Positions 24,301 through 39,350 of a DNA stretch of 64,000 bases are shown piece by piece. The stretch is taken from NCBI RefSeq assembly GCF_030144855.1, contig NC_082736.1, positions 20,150,001-20,214,000 on the forward strand, read 5' to 3'. Position 1 is the stretch's first letter, and each line of letters opens with the position of its first letter. Source of the DNA: Hypanus sabinus (lineage: Eukaryota). The translations under genes and the position numbers were made by a program. The notes under the pieces are model-generated. The model did no database searches and had not been told where the DNA came from. It saw only the letters and a program-made list of their open reading frames with translations.

Positions 24301-27254
24301 ATCAGTGGCTAGGCTCATTTTCCAATACAATGTCTTCTGTGACCCACTTCCCTGGTTAGACTACCCACTTCTATTTTAAGGAACATCCCAGTATTCTTCT
24401 AACATACGCAATGATATCTAAGCCCCTGAGTCTAAGGGAGTCCCAGTCAACACTGGGGAAATTAGTCATCCACTACAATGACCCTGTTGCTTTTACATCT
24501 TTCATTCCCTGCTACATTTCAGTTTCTTTACCTCCTGCTGGCATTTGGGAGGCCAGTAGCACAACTCTATCGGTGAATGCACCTCTCTTATCCTGAGCTC
24601 TATTCACACTGGATAAACCCTCCAGTGTGTTCTCTCTTAGTCCCTCACCCACAATTCCATATAAAGGCTGATCTGCCATCAGCCTCCTCTTGTATGTGAA
24701 TCCCACTTCACATTTATCTTGCTTCTCTTTAAATCTTTATGGTCATCCAACATCTCCACTCCTCTCAGTTAGGGGATTCTAGTGTTTGTTATACAGTGTT
24801 TTGTTTGTTTTATCATGTCTGGTCTTGTTGAACAGTGCAGGCATGTTCTTTGGTTTCCTGCAGTTCACAATTTTGTGTGCCACAGTCACAAACAGGCATG
24901 TGATTATGGAGACGGAGAGGGAGTTTAAATGAAGTGAACATGGGCAGTTGGCATATTTTGCATGTCATAGTTCCCTGTAAGGTGTTTGATTGTGCATAGT
25001 TAGGCAGTTACCAAGATCCAAAAAAAAAGAAGTTAGATTTAAAGAGAGTGGTCATTGTATGAGTGGGCCAGAATTGGAGAGGGGAGTTGAGGCTTCGGCA
25101 CTTCTGAGAGGTGTAGGCAAGGAAGATAAGTTTCTCTTTATTCCTTATTTCTCCTTTATTACACATTTGGAGCAGAAAGGATACTGCCTAATATCAGCTT
25201 GATAGAAGAAGTCAGAGGGTGGTCGTGGCAGCTTGTCATTCAGGTTGGAGGCCTCTGACCAGTGATGTTCACCGGCATCGGTTCTGGTACTGTCATTTGT
25301 CAATGATGTGAACAGTTTCTCTGACATTGTTGTGAATGTGATTAGTGAGTTTGCAGATGACATCAATGTTGTTGGTAGAGTGGACAGTGAAGATTCTTTG
25401 AGAGTACTATGGGATCGAGATGACCTGGGGAAGTCGGCCTAAGAATGACAGATGGATGTTGATGGGGACAAGTGTGAGCTCTTGCATTTTGAGAAGTCCA
25501 GCCAGGGAAGGACCTGCACAGTAAATTCTTGTTCCTTGCAGAGTATTGCAGACAGAGTGTCCATGGAATACAGGAACATCATTCACTGAAAGTGACAACA
25601 CAGGTAGTCAGGATGGTGAAGATGATGTTTGGCCTATTTGTCTTCATTGGTCAGGGAACTGAGTACAGGATTTGGGATGTCATATAACAACTGTAATCGT
25701 CAAAGTGAGATTGCACTGTAATGTGCACAGTTCTAGTCACCCAGCTACAGGAAGGATGTCATGAAGCTGGAAAGTGTGGAGAAAGGTTTGAGGAGGGTGT
25801 TAGTGACACTGGAGGATTTGAATTATTAGCAGAAGTTTGGACAGACTGTGACTCGCCTTCTCACCCGAGAGATTAAGGAGCTGACCAGTGACCATCCAAA
25901 GCTTCACAAAATCAGTACGCGATCACTGTTTGTGTCAGGGTAGGGAAGTAAAAATTTACAGCACAATTGTTTAAGGTGTAGGGGAAACATTTAAAGGCTT
26001 CCTGACAGATGGGGGGATGTTGCATGTTTGATTAAGGAGACCAACACTGCAGTAATGTGAGGGATTTGATGAGGTTTTCTAAGTAAAGGATTTAAATAAA
26101 ATGATCAATTGTGATTTCGATGGGATTACACTGCTCGCCTCCCAATAGGCTGAGATATTGTGGAGCAGACATGTTGGTAAATCACACAGAGGTGTATAGG
26201 AACAGGCTTACAGCAGTCGGGCATTTTGACATCCCCAGTATTAACCAGATTATATGAAAAGCTTCAGTTTCCAGGAGTAATTTGGCAGATGCAGGACCAG
26301 TTCATCCCTCAGCAGAAACAATATTCGAAAGGGAGAATGAGGCAACCATCACCAACAATGGAAGACAAAAGCAGCATAAAAGAACATGAGAGAGCAGAGA
26401 ATATCACAAAAGTTAGTGGGAAGCTAAAGGATTAGGGAACTTAAAAAGAACAGAAGGTAACTAAAATTGTAATTTGGAGAGAACAGATGAATTATTAAAG
26501 TAACTGGCCAATAGTATAAAGGAGGATACAAGATTTTTTTCAGACATTTAAAGAGTAAAAGAGAGGCAAGAATGGATCAGGATTCAGGTTTCCCATTCTC
26601 ACCTTCAGAATCACATCCCTCCCTGATCCGCTTTTACACTGTTTAGTTTATTCTGTATTTCTTTCTTAACCCGGCAATCTTGATCATTTATTGAAGAGGG
26701 CCACAGCGTGGCAAATGGATTTGAATACAGATAAATGTGAGGCAGTGCACATTGCAAAGTCAAACCAGTGTAAAACTTACACTATGAATGATCGGTCATT
26801 AGGGAGTGTACTGGGCTGGAGAGATTTAGGGGTAAATCTCTCACATTGAAAGAGGTGTCACTGGTAGACAGGGTGGTGAAGAACGGGGTTTAACATGCTG
26901 GTCTTCATTAGTCAGGGGATTAAGTATATCAGTTGGGACATTATGTTACATTTGTGTAAGTGACTGGAGGCCACACTTATCGTTTTGTGTACAGCTCTTG
27001 TCACCGTTTTAGGAAACGGGTTTAAACTGGGGAGAGTGTAGAAAAGATTTCCAAGGATGTTTCCGGGACCTAAGGTTCTCAGTTACACAGAGAGGTTGGT
27101 CAGACAATGTCCGTTGTCCTTTATTCCTTGGAATCAGAATCATTTATCATCCTGTTATATGACAAGGAATCTGTCATTTTATTTTGACAGCAGTACAATG
27201 CGATGAAGGTGCAGATGTGAACAGTGTATCAGCATAACGCCAAGAGATTCTGGG

Positions 27255-27415
27255 AATCGCCAACAACGCGGACAAAATACTGGAGGAACCCAACAAGTCA
27301 GGCAGCATCTCCCACCAGAGTCCTGATGAAGGGTCTCAGCCCGAAATGTCGGCTGTTTATTCCCACCATTGATGCTGCCTGACTTGCTGATTTCCGACAG
27401 CATTGAGTGTGTATT
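27255..27415. mobile_element. Foldback element with a central hammerhead motif
   Basis: Inverted arms caagtcaggcagcatc / gatgctgcctgacttg around agtc-CTGATGA-agggtctcagccc-GAAA-tGTC-ggct. Confidence 0.75.
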
Positions 27416-27809
27416 GTGTCAGAGAGAGTGAGTTAAAGGAGAGGCGGCTTAAACCAGTGTCACTGTGTTTGTGGGTCCGAACACATCGTAGGATTTCTCA
27501 GCGCCTCCTGTAGAAAATGTAAAGATTTCTTTTGTTATGGAAGCGTCCCACTCCCCGGCTCAGTCCCGAAGAGGGAATTAACCGCAAAGTTTTAATTAGT
27601 TTAAATAATTCAGCCGCAAAGCAGAGAACAGGTCACCGGTCGGGAGAAAGGACGCGGGCAATGAAAACGGGTTAAAACAGAAAGCGCTGCGTTTAATCCC
27701 GATTAAACTTTCTTTCCAGCGAACATTTTGGCCTCAGTGAGAGACAGGGACTAGTCCGAGTCTCCGCAGCGTCCGATTTGAATTGGAATCGGCGAGTTTT
27801 TGAGGAGAG

Positions 27810-27890
27810 AGAAACACAGAAAAATGAATCTGCCGTGAGCTGAAAGTAGGATGTCCCCGCCGCGTCCGCTCGCTGCCTTTAAATTGCTCT
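27810..27890 (+). promoter_or_regulatory. H1 promoter (H1 box, GC box, TATA-like)
   Basis: AAACACA at 27812-27818, ccccgcc ~27855, tttaaat ~27878. Confidence 0.65.
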
Positions 27891-27959
27891 TTGCCGCCAC
27901 CTTTCGCTTTATTTCTCATTCAGTTCTGATTGTTAGAAGGATTTACCAGAGTCGCCGAC

Positions 27960-28530
27960 ATGACTGAGACAGCACCCGCCGAAACGGCTCCTCCAGCCGC
28001 ACCCGCCGCCGCAAAGAAGACCCAAGAAGGCGGCTGCTGTCCGGAGCAAACTAACCGGTCCCACACTGGGCGAACAGATCGATAAGATCGTGTCGGGTTG
28101 TCGAGATAGGAAGGGTATGTCCTGCGCGTCCATCATGAAGGCTCTGGCCGGCAGCGGTGTCGATCTGGTGAAACGTCGCCCCCAGATCAAGATGAGCATC
28201 AAGAGGAAAGTGGAAAGCGGCTCATTGGTTCAGATGAAGGGCTCTGGTCTTTCGGGATCCTTTAAAGCCGGTAAAGGGAAAAGTGCCGTGAAGGTGGTGA
28301 AGAAAGCGAAGAAGCCATCGGCAAAGAAATCTCCAAACAAGAAATCTCCCAGCAAGAAGCTTGGCGCCAAGAAATCAGCGGCTCAAAAAGCGGGAGCTAA
28401 GAAACCCGCGGCTAAGAAAGTGGCGCCAAAGCCCAAGAGCCCCAAGAAAGCCGCAGCCCCGAAGACGAAGGCGGCCATGAAGCCGAAGTCCAAATCCGCG
28501 AAACCCAAGAAGACAGCAGTCAAAAAGTGA
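27960..28530 (+). pseudogene. H1: Histone H1 with a frameshift near 28020
   Basis: MTETAPAETAPPAAPAAAKK, then a frame change to PKKAAAVRSKLTGPTLGEQIDKIVSG...GSGLSGSFK and a K/A/P-rich tail with SPKK. Confidence 0.85.
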
Positions 28531-28567
28531 ATTGAGAATACACCATTTGTAAATACCTTAACCCAAC

Positions 28568-28606
28568 GGCTCTTCTCAGAGCCACCCACATCTCAGAAAA
28601 GAGCTG
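28568..28606 (+). terminator. H1 stem-loop plus HDE
   Basis: GGCTCTTCTCAGAGCC-ACCCA, then aaaagagctg. Confidence 0.95.
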
Positions 28607-29049
28607 ATTCAAAGTTTTGTGATTCCCGTCCCGGGTCTGACTGAGCTTTCCGGGGGAACTTCTCACATAGAACCGGAGATTGACGGTACCTGACATATGG
28701 TGCGGCACGTCTCAGTGTCTGAAATGAGACACGGATGCCCGAGCTGAGATTGAGAGATATGGGATGTGGGCAGTTTCAGGCCCAATTCCTTCTCCGATGC
28801 CGGGAGAGAGTCACTAAGACATTGACACCAGCGGAGATTCGGCTGAGTTGATTGGGAACTGCTGAAACCTATGCGACACGGGAGGGGGCGTGTTGAGAGA
28901 GGGATCCGTCTCTGGGGACGGCCTGCAGCGGGAGGATATATGAGGATATATATACCCGGTAGCATTGCCGACTGACCTTCATTTGGGTCCCAGCTACAAA
29001 AGTACAGTATATTTACACAAAACACCAACATCAAACATGTACCGTATTT

Positions 29050-29092
29050 GGCAGCCCTTTCCTTTGCCGTGGTAGTGGCTCTTAAAAGAGCC
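29050..29092 (-). terminator. H3 stem-loop plus HDE, displaced by a LINE insertion
   Basis: Minus strand GGCTCTTTTAAGAGCC at 29092-29077, then aaaggaaagggctg. Confidence 0.9.
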
Positions 29093-29106
29093 TTTTCTTG
29101 TGTTTG

Positions 29107-31855
29107 ACAATAGACAATAGGTGCAGAAGTAGACCATTCGGCCCCTCGAGTCTGCACCGCCATTCTGAGATCATGGCTGATCATTCACTATCAATACCCA
29201 GTCCCTGCCTTGTCCCCATATCCCTTGATTCCCCTATCCATCAGATATCTATCTAGCTCCTTCTTGAAAGCATCCAAAGAATTGCCCTCCACTGTCTTCC
29301 GAGGCAGTGCATTCCACACCTCCACAACTCTCTGGGAGAAGAAGTTTTTCCTCAACTCTGTTTTAAATAACTGACCTCTTATGCTCAATTCATGCCCTCT
29401 GGTACTGGACTCTCCCAACATCTGGAACATATTTCCTGCCTCAATCCTATCAAATCCTTTAATTATCTTAAATGTTTCAATCAGATCCCCTCTCAATCTC
29501 CTCAATTCCAGTGTGTACAAGCCCAATCTCTCCAATCTCTCTGCGTAAGACAGCCCTGCCATCCCAGGAATCAACCTAGTGAATCTACGCTGCACTTCCT
29601 CAATTGCCAGAATGTCCTTCCTTAAACCTGGAGACCAAAACTGTACACAATATTCCAGGTGGGGTCTCACCAGGGCCCTGTACAAATGCAAAAGGACATC
29701 CTTGCTCTTGTACTCAATTCCCCTTGTAATAAAGGCCAACATTCCATTTGCCCTCTTCACTGCCTGTTGCACTTGCTCATTCACCTTCATTGACTGATGA
29801 ACTAGGACTCCTAGGTCTCTTTGCATTTCTCCCTTACCTAACTCTACACCGTTCAGACAATACTCAACCCTCTTGTCCCTGCTTCCAAAGTGGATAACCA
29901 CATTTATTCACATTGAATGACATCCACTCACCCAGCCTATCCAAGTCTCCCTGTATTCTCCTAACGTCCTCTACGCATGTCACACTGCCACCCAGTTTAG
30001 TATCGTCAGCAAACTTGCTGATATAGTTTTGAATGCCCTCATCTAAATCGTTGACATAAATTGTAAAGAGCTGTGGTCCCAATACAGAGCCCTGTGGTAC
30101 CCCACTAGTCACCTCCAGCCAGTCCGAGAAACACCCATTCACTGCTACGCTTTGCTTTCTATCTGCCAACCAGTTTTCTATCCATGTTGAAACCCTGCCC
30201 CCAATGCCATGAGCTCTGATTTTACTCACCAATCTCCTATGTGGCACCTTATCGAATGCCTTCTGAAAATCTAGGTACACTACATCCACTGGCTTACCCT
30301 CGTCCTTGTTACACCCTCAAAAAACTCCAACAGATTAGTCAAGCATGATTTGCCCTTGGTAAATCCATGCTGGCTCGGCCTAATCCTATTACTGCCATCA
30401 AGATATGCCACTATTTCGTTCTTAATAATGGACTCAAGCATCTTCCCCACGACTGACGTTAGGCTAACAGGGCACTAGTTCTCCATTTTCTCCTTCCCTC
30501 CCTTCTTGAAAAGTGTGATAACATTAGCCACTCTCCAATCTTCAGGATCTGATCCTGGATCTAAGGAACATTGGAAAATGATTACCAATGCATCCGCAAT
30601 TTCCTGAGCCACCTCTTTTAGAACCCTCGGATGCAGACCATCTGGACCCAGGGATTTATTAGCCTTCAGTCCTATCAGTCTACTCATCACAGTTTCTTTC
30701 CTAATGTCAATCTGTTTCAATTCCTCTGATATCTTATGACCCTGGCCCATCCATACATCTGGGAGATTGCTTGTGTCCTCCCTGGTGAAGACAGATATAA
30801 AGTACGCGTTAAATTCTGTTGCCATTTCCCTGTTTCCCATAACAATTTCTCCCAATTTATTCTTCAACGGGCTAACATTGTTCTTAACTGTCTTCTTTCT
30901 CTTCACATAGCTAAAAAAGCTTTTGCTATCCCCTTTTATATTCCTGGCTAGACTGAGCTCATACCTGATTTTTTCTCTCCGTATTGCTTTTTTAGTTAAG
31001 ATCAGCTGTTCCTTAAAACTTTCTCAATCATCTGTATTCCCACTCATCTTAGCCCTGTCATACTTCTTTTTCTTTAATGCTATACAATCTCTGACTTCCT
31101 TTGTCAACCACTGTGCCCCTTCCCCCTCTTTGAATCCTTCCTTCTCACTGGAATGAACTGCTTTTGCATGTTTTGTATTATCCCCAAGAATATCTGCCAC
31201 TGCTGATCCACTGTCTTTCCTGCCAGGGCACCTTCGCATTTAACTTTGGCCAGCTCTTCCCTCATGGCTCCGTAGTCTCCTTTATTTAATTGCAACACTG
31301 ACACCTCTGATCTGCCCTTATCCCTCTCAAATTGTAGATAAAAACTTATCATGTTATGATCACTACTTCCTAATGGCTCCTTTACTTCAAGATCACTTAT
31401 CAATTCCTGTGCATTACACATCACCAAGTCCAAAATAGCCTCGTTCCTGGTTGGCTCAAGCAGAAGCTGTTCCAAAAATACATCCCTTAGACACTCCACA
31501 AACTCCCTATCCTGGGGTCCAGCACCTACCTGATTCTCCCAGTTCACCTGCATGTTGAAATCTCCCATAACGACCTCATTACCTTTAACACATGCCAATG
31601 TTAACTCCCTAATCAACTTGTACCCAATATCCACGCTACTGTTTGGGGGCCTGTACACAACACCCATTAGGGTATTTTTACCCTTACTGTTCCTCAGCTC
31701 AATCCACATCTACTTCCCCTGTTCCTAAGTCACCCCTTGCTAAGGACTGAATCTCATTCCTCACCAACAGGGCCACCCCACCCCCTCTTCCCATATTTCT
31801 GTCTCTACGATAGCACGTATACCCTGGTACACTCAATTCCCAGGCCTGATCCCCA
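29107..31855 (-). mobile_element. Relatively young 5'-truncated CR1 LINE (APE plus RT) in the H3 3' UTR
   Basis: GVVYRPP, MGDFN, GSSDHN, YLDFQKAFDKVPH, GVPQGSVLGP, KFADDTKL; (ctattgt)n tail; tttg at both junctions. Confidence 0.95.
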
Positions 31856-31874
31856 TTTGGTGTGTAGGCTGGTC

Positions 31875-32366
<492 letters not shown>

Positions 32367-32890
32367 TTATGATTAGCTGAACACCAGCTGTCTATTAAAG
32401 GATCTCCTTGCAGCGATTGGTTTATTGATTTCATGCAGGCTGGCGGTGAATAACAATTTAGGACAAAATGGGAAACTGTTAACCGGCGGTCGAATTTCAT
32501 CCAATCAGAATGCACTGTAATTAGCGCCGATAAATTTCAAATCGCCCGCCAATTTCAGCGCACCCAGCAATGGTGCTTGATATTTTTTTTATTATTTACA
32601 ATTAATTCTATCACAGATCATACATTTTCAGTTTCATTTAAAATCTAAATCACTCAGTTAAGATTTCAATGCATAATTACAGAATTGTTCCTCTGAACGA
32701 GGGAACTTATTTCTGACCCAGACGGACTGGAAGATTAAGATCAATATAAGTGCATTCAGCATTTAAAGTAATAACCGTCTGTAAAGGCAGAATCGCCGCT
32801 AAATTTCAAGCGGAACAGATTAATCGATTTCAAATGTCATCAGATGAATACAGTAGGATCGATAAAAAATAATTAAAAGGTTGTGGACAC

Positions 32891-32930
32891 GGCTCCCTCT
32901 GTGAGGCGGTGGGTGGCTCTCAGAAGAGCC
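32891..32930 (-). terminator. H4 stem-loop plus HDE
   Basis: Minus strand GGCTCTTCTGAGAGCC-ACCCA...cagagggagcc. Confidence 0.92.
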
Positions 32931-32963
32931 TTTGTGTTGTTCTCGGGAGGAGGTGGGAGTTTT

Positions 32964-33284
<321 letters not shown>

Positions 33285-33949
33285 TCACTCTGGTCGCTGC
33301 TTAGTGACAAACCGACTGCTGATGTCTCCTTTTATAAACAGCGCCCCGACCTGCCCGAGAAACGCGCAGAGAGACAGAGGCGGGGAGGGAAGGAGACAGA
33401 GTCAGAGTGACGGACAGAGCCGAGAGCGGCCTCTCATCGTCCAGCTTTACTTCACATTATTACGCCCGCCATTATCCGACACAAAGCGCTTCAGCGGAAG
33501 AAAAAACTCCCTCACACACCACGTACAGACCGGTGGATTTCTGGAAATTTGCTGATTCACCTGCTTTAAATTATAGGAAGTGCTTTTCCATTTCGCAAAT
33601 ACCCGAGAACCCCGGTCTGTCCCTCCCCGGCCCCATGACCAGTGCGATCGCCCTCACACACAGCAGTTGGTGGCCGAGGGTGCAGTCATTTCCAGTGAAG
33701 AGAGGGTTTTTTCATTAGAACGACTATTCCTCTGGGTCGCGCGGGAAATGAAAGTCCGGTCACTGAAAGGAACAGGATACATTGGGAGATAAAAGGATAT
33801 ATACACCGCGCTTCTGGTGTCTTCTAAAGCCCAGGTAAGGTGGTGGCTGAGGAGCTGGTGCGAGGTGGGTGGGCGCTTCACGTACAAGGATCATTGGGGT
33901 CCCGAGGGAAAGTTGCGACGGGTCCAAAGAGGCAATATGTTTTACGGTG

Positions 33950-35800
33950 ACCTTCCTTCGTGCTACACCAAAGGGTTTAAATGAGCAGGTATGAGGTCCA
34001 ACAAAGTGATTTTCAGGAACTAGGTTAAAAAGCAGGACTTCCAGCATTGTAATTACGGAATTGTGGGTCAAACCTTGTGCTGGTGTGGTGAGAAAGTGAT
34101 ATTTTGTGCAGTTTAAAATTGTTGCTGAGGAACTGATGCAGGAGATCTTCAGATTCGTGGATCAATGGGTTCCCTTCTAGGCAGGTGGGAGACCGGGACA
34201 AACATGGCTCTTTGCATCTGAACCGGAGGGGAACCAATATCCTCGCCAGGAGGTTTGATGGTGTCACTTGGCAGAGTTTGAACGGGAATCGCAAGTGGGA
34301 AAATGTGTGTATGACAAGACAGTCTGAAAGGAACGACAGCCTATGTCAAGCTAATAAACATGCTGGGACTGATAGGCTGAAATAAGTTTATTTCATCATT
34401 AGGAGTATTATGTTGTCGGACAGACAGGGCTGCCAGCTCAACGCTCGTGCGTTTCATTGTTTTACATGTGAGTGGGGTTTAACAGGAGCAGGGGTTACCC
34501 CACTGGGAATGTCACAACAAACTGGAAGGCTCATTTACAGAGGCAATCTGCAGTTACACTGATAGGATTATCATACTGGCCCCCAATGACCAGTGTGGGG
34601 ACTTTATCTTCCCTAGAATTAATTGGAACTTGTTTAATACTTAGATGCACAAGAATTCTTCAGCAAATCTTAACTGTTTGAAACATTATGTACAGAGCCC
34701 AACCAGAGGAGAGAACAGGAGGAACTAGTTTTGGGAAATGAGCCAGGCCAGCTGACAGCTAAGAGTCAGTGAATATTCTGGGATCTTATTTTTTTTCTTA
34801 GTGATGAGGAAGAATAAAATCAGATCTTGTATGAAGGTACTGAATTGCAGGAGGGCAGGTTAGTACGGAGTAAGACAGAAACCACGGGGAATTGATTGGG
34901 AGCAGCCACTGTCAGACAAGTCCACATCTGACGTGCGGGAGTTGTTTAAAGACCAGCAGCTCGAAGTTCAGGATCAGCATGTTCCTGTAAGGAGTAAGGA
35001 CAAGGACGGTAAGGTAAGGGAACTTTGGATGAATGGAGAGATCCTGAATTTAGTCAGAAGGATATGGAAGGTTTATGAAACTAAAATCAGACTGGGTGTC
35101 TTTGAAATATAAAGACAGCGGAGGAATGCTAAAACAGGTGATAGGAGTGGCCAAATGGAGCCACAAACTGCCCTTGCAATGTAGGACCAAAGATAATCCT
35201 AAGGCCTTTTGATTTCTGTTAATTAAACAAGGCTAACCAGAGAATGGAAAGGTCAACTCAAGATTAAAGGAGGAATGATGTGGTTGAAGTCAGACCAAGT
35301 GGCTGAGGTTCTAAATGAGTATGTTGTGTCAATATTTACTGAGGAGAAGGAACTGAATGTGAATGAAAACAGAGTGGAGCATGCGAATGTGCAGAGACGT
35401 GTTGAGATTAAGGAGGAGGTTGGGCTGGGACGTCTGAAAAGCAATAAAGTGGTTAAGACTCCAGGACCTGAAGGCATATATCCTACAATAGTGAAAGAAG
35501 CAAATGAGCAGATTGCTGGCGTTTTGACAAGGACCAGTGTGTCCTCGATCACAACATGTGAGGTCCCACAGAACTTGAGAGTCACAAATGTTACAGCTTT
35601 GTTCAAGAAGGGATATAACAGGAATCCAGGAATCTATTGGCAAGGCAGCCACATTTCAGTGGCAGAGAACCTACTGGGGAGGATATTGAGGTACAGGATT
35701 TATGCACATTTGGAAAGGCATGTCCTGCTTAGGGACAATCAGCATGGTTTTGTGTGGGCAGATCACGCTTGACAAAATTGATCGAGGTTTCAGAGGTGGT
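33950..35800 (+). mobile_element. Decayed CR1 LINE (ORF1 esterase remnant and ORF2)
   Basis: LHLNRRGTNILARRF; KTPGPEGIYP; NQHGF. Confidence 0.75.
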
Positions 35801-36597
35801 GATATAGACTCTAACATATAGAATCAAAATTAGGCCCATCAAATCTGCTCTGTTATTTCATCATGGCTAACCCATTTTCCCTCAAAGCCCCAATCCCCTG
35901 CCTTCTCCGTGTAACCTTTCATGATCTGACCAATCAAGAATCTACCAACCTCTGCCTTAAATATACATAAAGTTTTGGCTCCACAGCTGCCCGAGGCAAC
36001 AAATTCCACAGATTCACCACTCTCTGGCGAAAGAAAATCCTCATCTCCACATTCAACAAAGGATGATGCTCTATTCTGAGGTTGCGTCCTCTGTTCTTAG
36101 ACACTCCCATCCTCTGCACATCCACTTTATCAAGGCCTTTCAGCATTCAATAGGTTTCAATTAGGTCAGCCCTCATTGACCTAAATTCCAGTGAGTACAG
36201 GCCCAGAGCAATCAAACGCTCATCATATGCCAAGCTGTTTCATCCTGGAGGCAATTTTGAGAATCTCCTTTGAAACACATCCAGTTTCAGCTCATCCTTC
36301 CTAAGATAAAGGGCCCACAAATGCTCATAATACTCCAGTGAGACCTCACCAGTATTTTATAAAGTCTCAACATTGTTATGATTGGTGCAGATATTGTGGA
36401 CTGAAGGGCAGGTTGCCATCAGTTCCATATTGTGTACTGACGAATATGTTTGATCTACCAGCTATTGCAGGGACATGGTTACAGAGACTTGGACTGGGAA
36501 GTTGACATTCCTACATGTTTAATGTTCCACACGGAATCGGTAAAATGGAAAGGAGCAGGGTAGATTTGTTCATAACATGCTGGTGAAGGGGTGGATA

Positions 36598-38050
36598 CAG
36601 TGCCACCAAAAGTATTCAGTCTCCTTTGGAGGTTTTCATGTTTATTGTTTTGCAATGTTGATTCACAGTGGATTTAATTTGGCTTTATTTTCCCACACTG
36701 ATCAGCAGAATGGACTCTCTGGTGTCAAAGTGAAAAACAGATCTTTACACAGTGATCTAATTAATTGCAAATATAAAACACAAAATAATTTAATTGCATT
36801 GGTATTCACCTCCTTCAAGTCAGTAATTAGTTGATGCACCTTTGTCAGTAATTACCATTGGCTCTGTGTGGATGGGTCCCTATCCGCTTTGCCATCTGGA
36901 CACTGAAAATTTTCCCCATTCTTCTTTACAAAACTGCTGAAGCTTTGTCAGATTGCATGCGGTTCATGAGTGAACAGATCTTTTCAACTCCAGCCACAAA
37001 TTCTCAATTGGAATGAGGTCTGGCCACTCCAGGACATTAACTTTGGTTTTAAGTCATTCCTGTGTAGTTTTGGTTTTATACTTGCATTCGTTCTCCTGCT
37101 AGAAAATGAATCTTCTCCGAAGTCACAGTTCACTTGCAGACTGAATTAGTTTTTCCTCCAAGATTTCACTGTATTTGGCTGCATTCATTTTACCCTCTAC
37201 TTTTATGAGCCTTTCAGGGCCTGCTGCAGTGAAACCACCCCACAGCATGATGCAGCCTCCACCATGCTGGGATGGTGTGTTTTTGATGCTGTGCGGTGTT
37301 TGTCTTGCGCCAAGCTTAGTGTTTAATCTGATGGCCAAAAAGGTCAATTTTGTTTCATCAGGCTATAGAACTTTCTTCCAATTGACTTCAGAGTCTTCTG
37401 GCAAACTCCAGGTGAGATTTCATGAGAGCTTTTTTCAACAATAGCTTTCTCTTTGCTACTCTCCCAAAAAGCTTTGACAGTTGAAGCATCTGGGCAAAAG
37501 TTGTTGTATACACAGTCACTCCCATCTCAGCCACTGATGATTGTGATTTCTCAAGAGTTAACATAGGTCTCTTGGTGGCCTCCCTCACTGGTCCCCTTCT
37601 TGCACAGTCACTCAGTTTTTGAGGATGGCCTAATCCTGGCAGATTTACAGCTCTGCCATATTCTTTCCATTTCAGGATGAGTGACTTAACTGTACTCCAA
37701 GGGACATTCAGTGAATTGAAAATTTTCTTGTATCCATCTCCTGAATTGTGTTTTTCAATTACCTTTATACAGAGCTGCTCAGAGTGTTAATTTGTTTTTA
37801 TGGTGTAGTTTCTCCCAGGATACTGGGTACCAACAGTCATGTATTTTTACTGCAATCAATTGAAACACCTTGACTCTCACAGTGACCTCCACTTAACTGA
37901 TAATGTAATTCCTAAATATACTTGACTGTACCAGTTATGATTTGGGGGGTGAATCTGTACCAGTGATGATTTGGGGGTGAATATTTATACAGTCAATTAT
38001 TTTGTGTTTTATATCTGTAATTAATTTAAAACACTTTATGGAGATCTGTT
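36598..38050 (-). mobile_element. Tc1-like DNA transposon, degenerate, right TIR truncated
   Basis: TA|CAGTGCC...AAGTATTCAG end; 36738-36815 is inverted at 37971-38050; transposase motifs GRVAKRK and HGGGCIMLWGGF...KMNAAKYSEILEE. Confidence 0.88.
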
Positions 38051-38169
38051 AGGGGTGGTCTCAAGATCCTCAGGTGTTCCTTCCGATGGGATAAAGCACA
38101 AAAGGGGAAATAACAAAGAGAGATGAGAATGGAAATGTGATTGTCATGAGAGATTTAATCGGAAGCAGA

Positions 38170-39350
38170 TTGTGGCACCACTACATTGAGTACCTTTGCT
38201 CTGTGAGCTGCAACAACCACAATCTACCAATGGCAACCCATTCTAGTTCCATTTCTCATTCACAGACTGACATATCGGTGCCTTACCGCTGTCATAACCA
38301 GTGGTGGGGTAGTAATAGGGACAAACTGTCACTTCCTATAAATTGCTGCTTCAAATTGTCGGTCAACCAAGTCCAGCTCCTGGCTTTTACACGTGGCTTA
38401 GCTACCAAGCCTGACAAACTCTCTCTAGTGACGGGAGGGTCTAAATGGGTTTACTGGCATCATATAACTAACTGCTATGGGCAGTTGGCAGTTGGCAGCT
38501 CATCTAGTGGAAGGAAAATTCTGATCTGAAACCTCCACTGGCTTGTGGCTCGACCCATTCATGGAGAAGGCTTCGGGAGTAAACCCCGAGGAACAATCCA
38601 GAGCTGGATTCCCTTTCGGTCCAATGTTCAATGCAGACTGGCAATCCTGTGATACCATTGGTGCCTGACCCCATTGGTCTCTGCCGTTGCTCTGGATTCA
38701 TCAGATGTGTTGAGAGCAGGAGCCCCTGCATGGGCAACAGCTTGCTTTACGTATCGTACTACCCTGGCTTGCAAATTGAGTTTCACAGCGAGGGTACAAT
38801 ATCCATGGTTGACCCTGACCCAGCAGAGGACCATCACTAACAAGTCTGTCCACGGCCTCCTCTACTACTACGATGAGGCTAAATATAGGTTAGATGAGCA
38901 ACATCTCATATTCTGACTGTGTATCCTCCAATCTCGACAGCATGAACATTGATTTCTCCAAATTCTGGAAATCACTCCATTCCCCCCCTCCCAAACTGCT
39001 CATTTGTTTCTGACTTTTCCCCCATTCTGGTGCCATTTAACCCCTTGACTTCTCCTCACACATCCTCATGACCTGCCCATCAAATCTCTCTGCTTCTCCA
39101 CCTCCTTTGTGTCATCCCATCGTCTAACGTTCTGTCCTAATGGATTCCTTTCTCTTCCTCTCTTTGCCGTTTCTGCCTGTTACCCAGCTCCTCACATCAT
39201 TATCCCTCCACAAACCACACCCCCACACTCACCTGTCCTCCCCCCCTCCCCCCACCAGCTTATTCTGACTTTTCTCCCTTTCTAATCCCAGTGAAGGCTC
39301 TCAGCCCGAAATGTCGACAGTTCGCTGAGTTCCTCCAGCATTTTGTTGTC
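38170..39350 (+). mobile_element. Penelope-like 3' fragment interrupted by an unclassified (possibly RTE-related) short element at ~38295-38835
   Basis: LPMATHSSS...DIS, then KSVHGLLYYYDEAKYRLDEQHLIF; hammerhead remnant ~39290. Confidence 0.6.
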
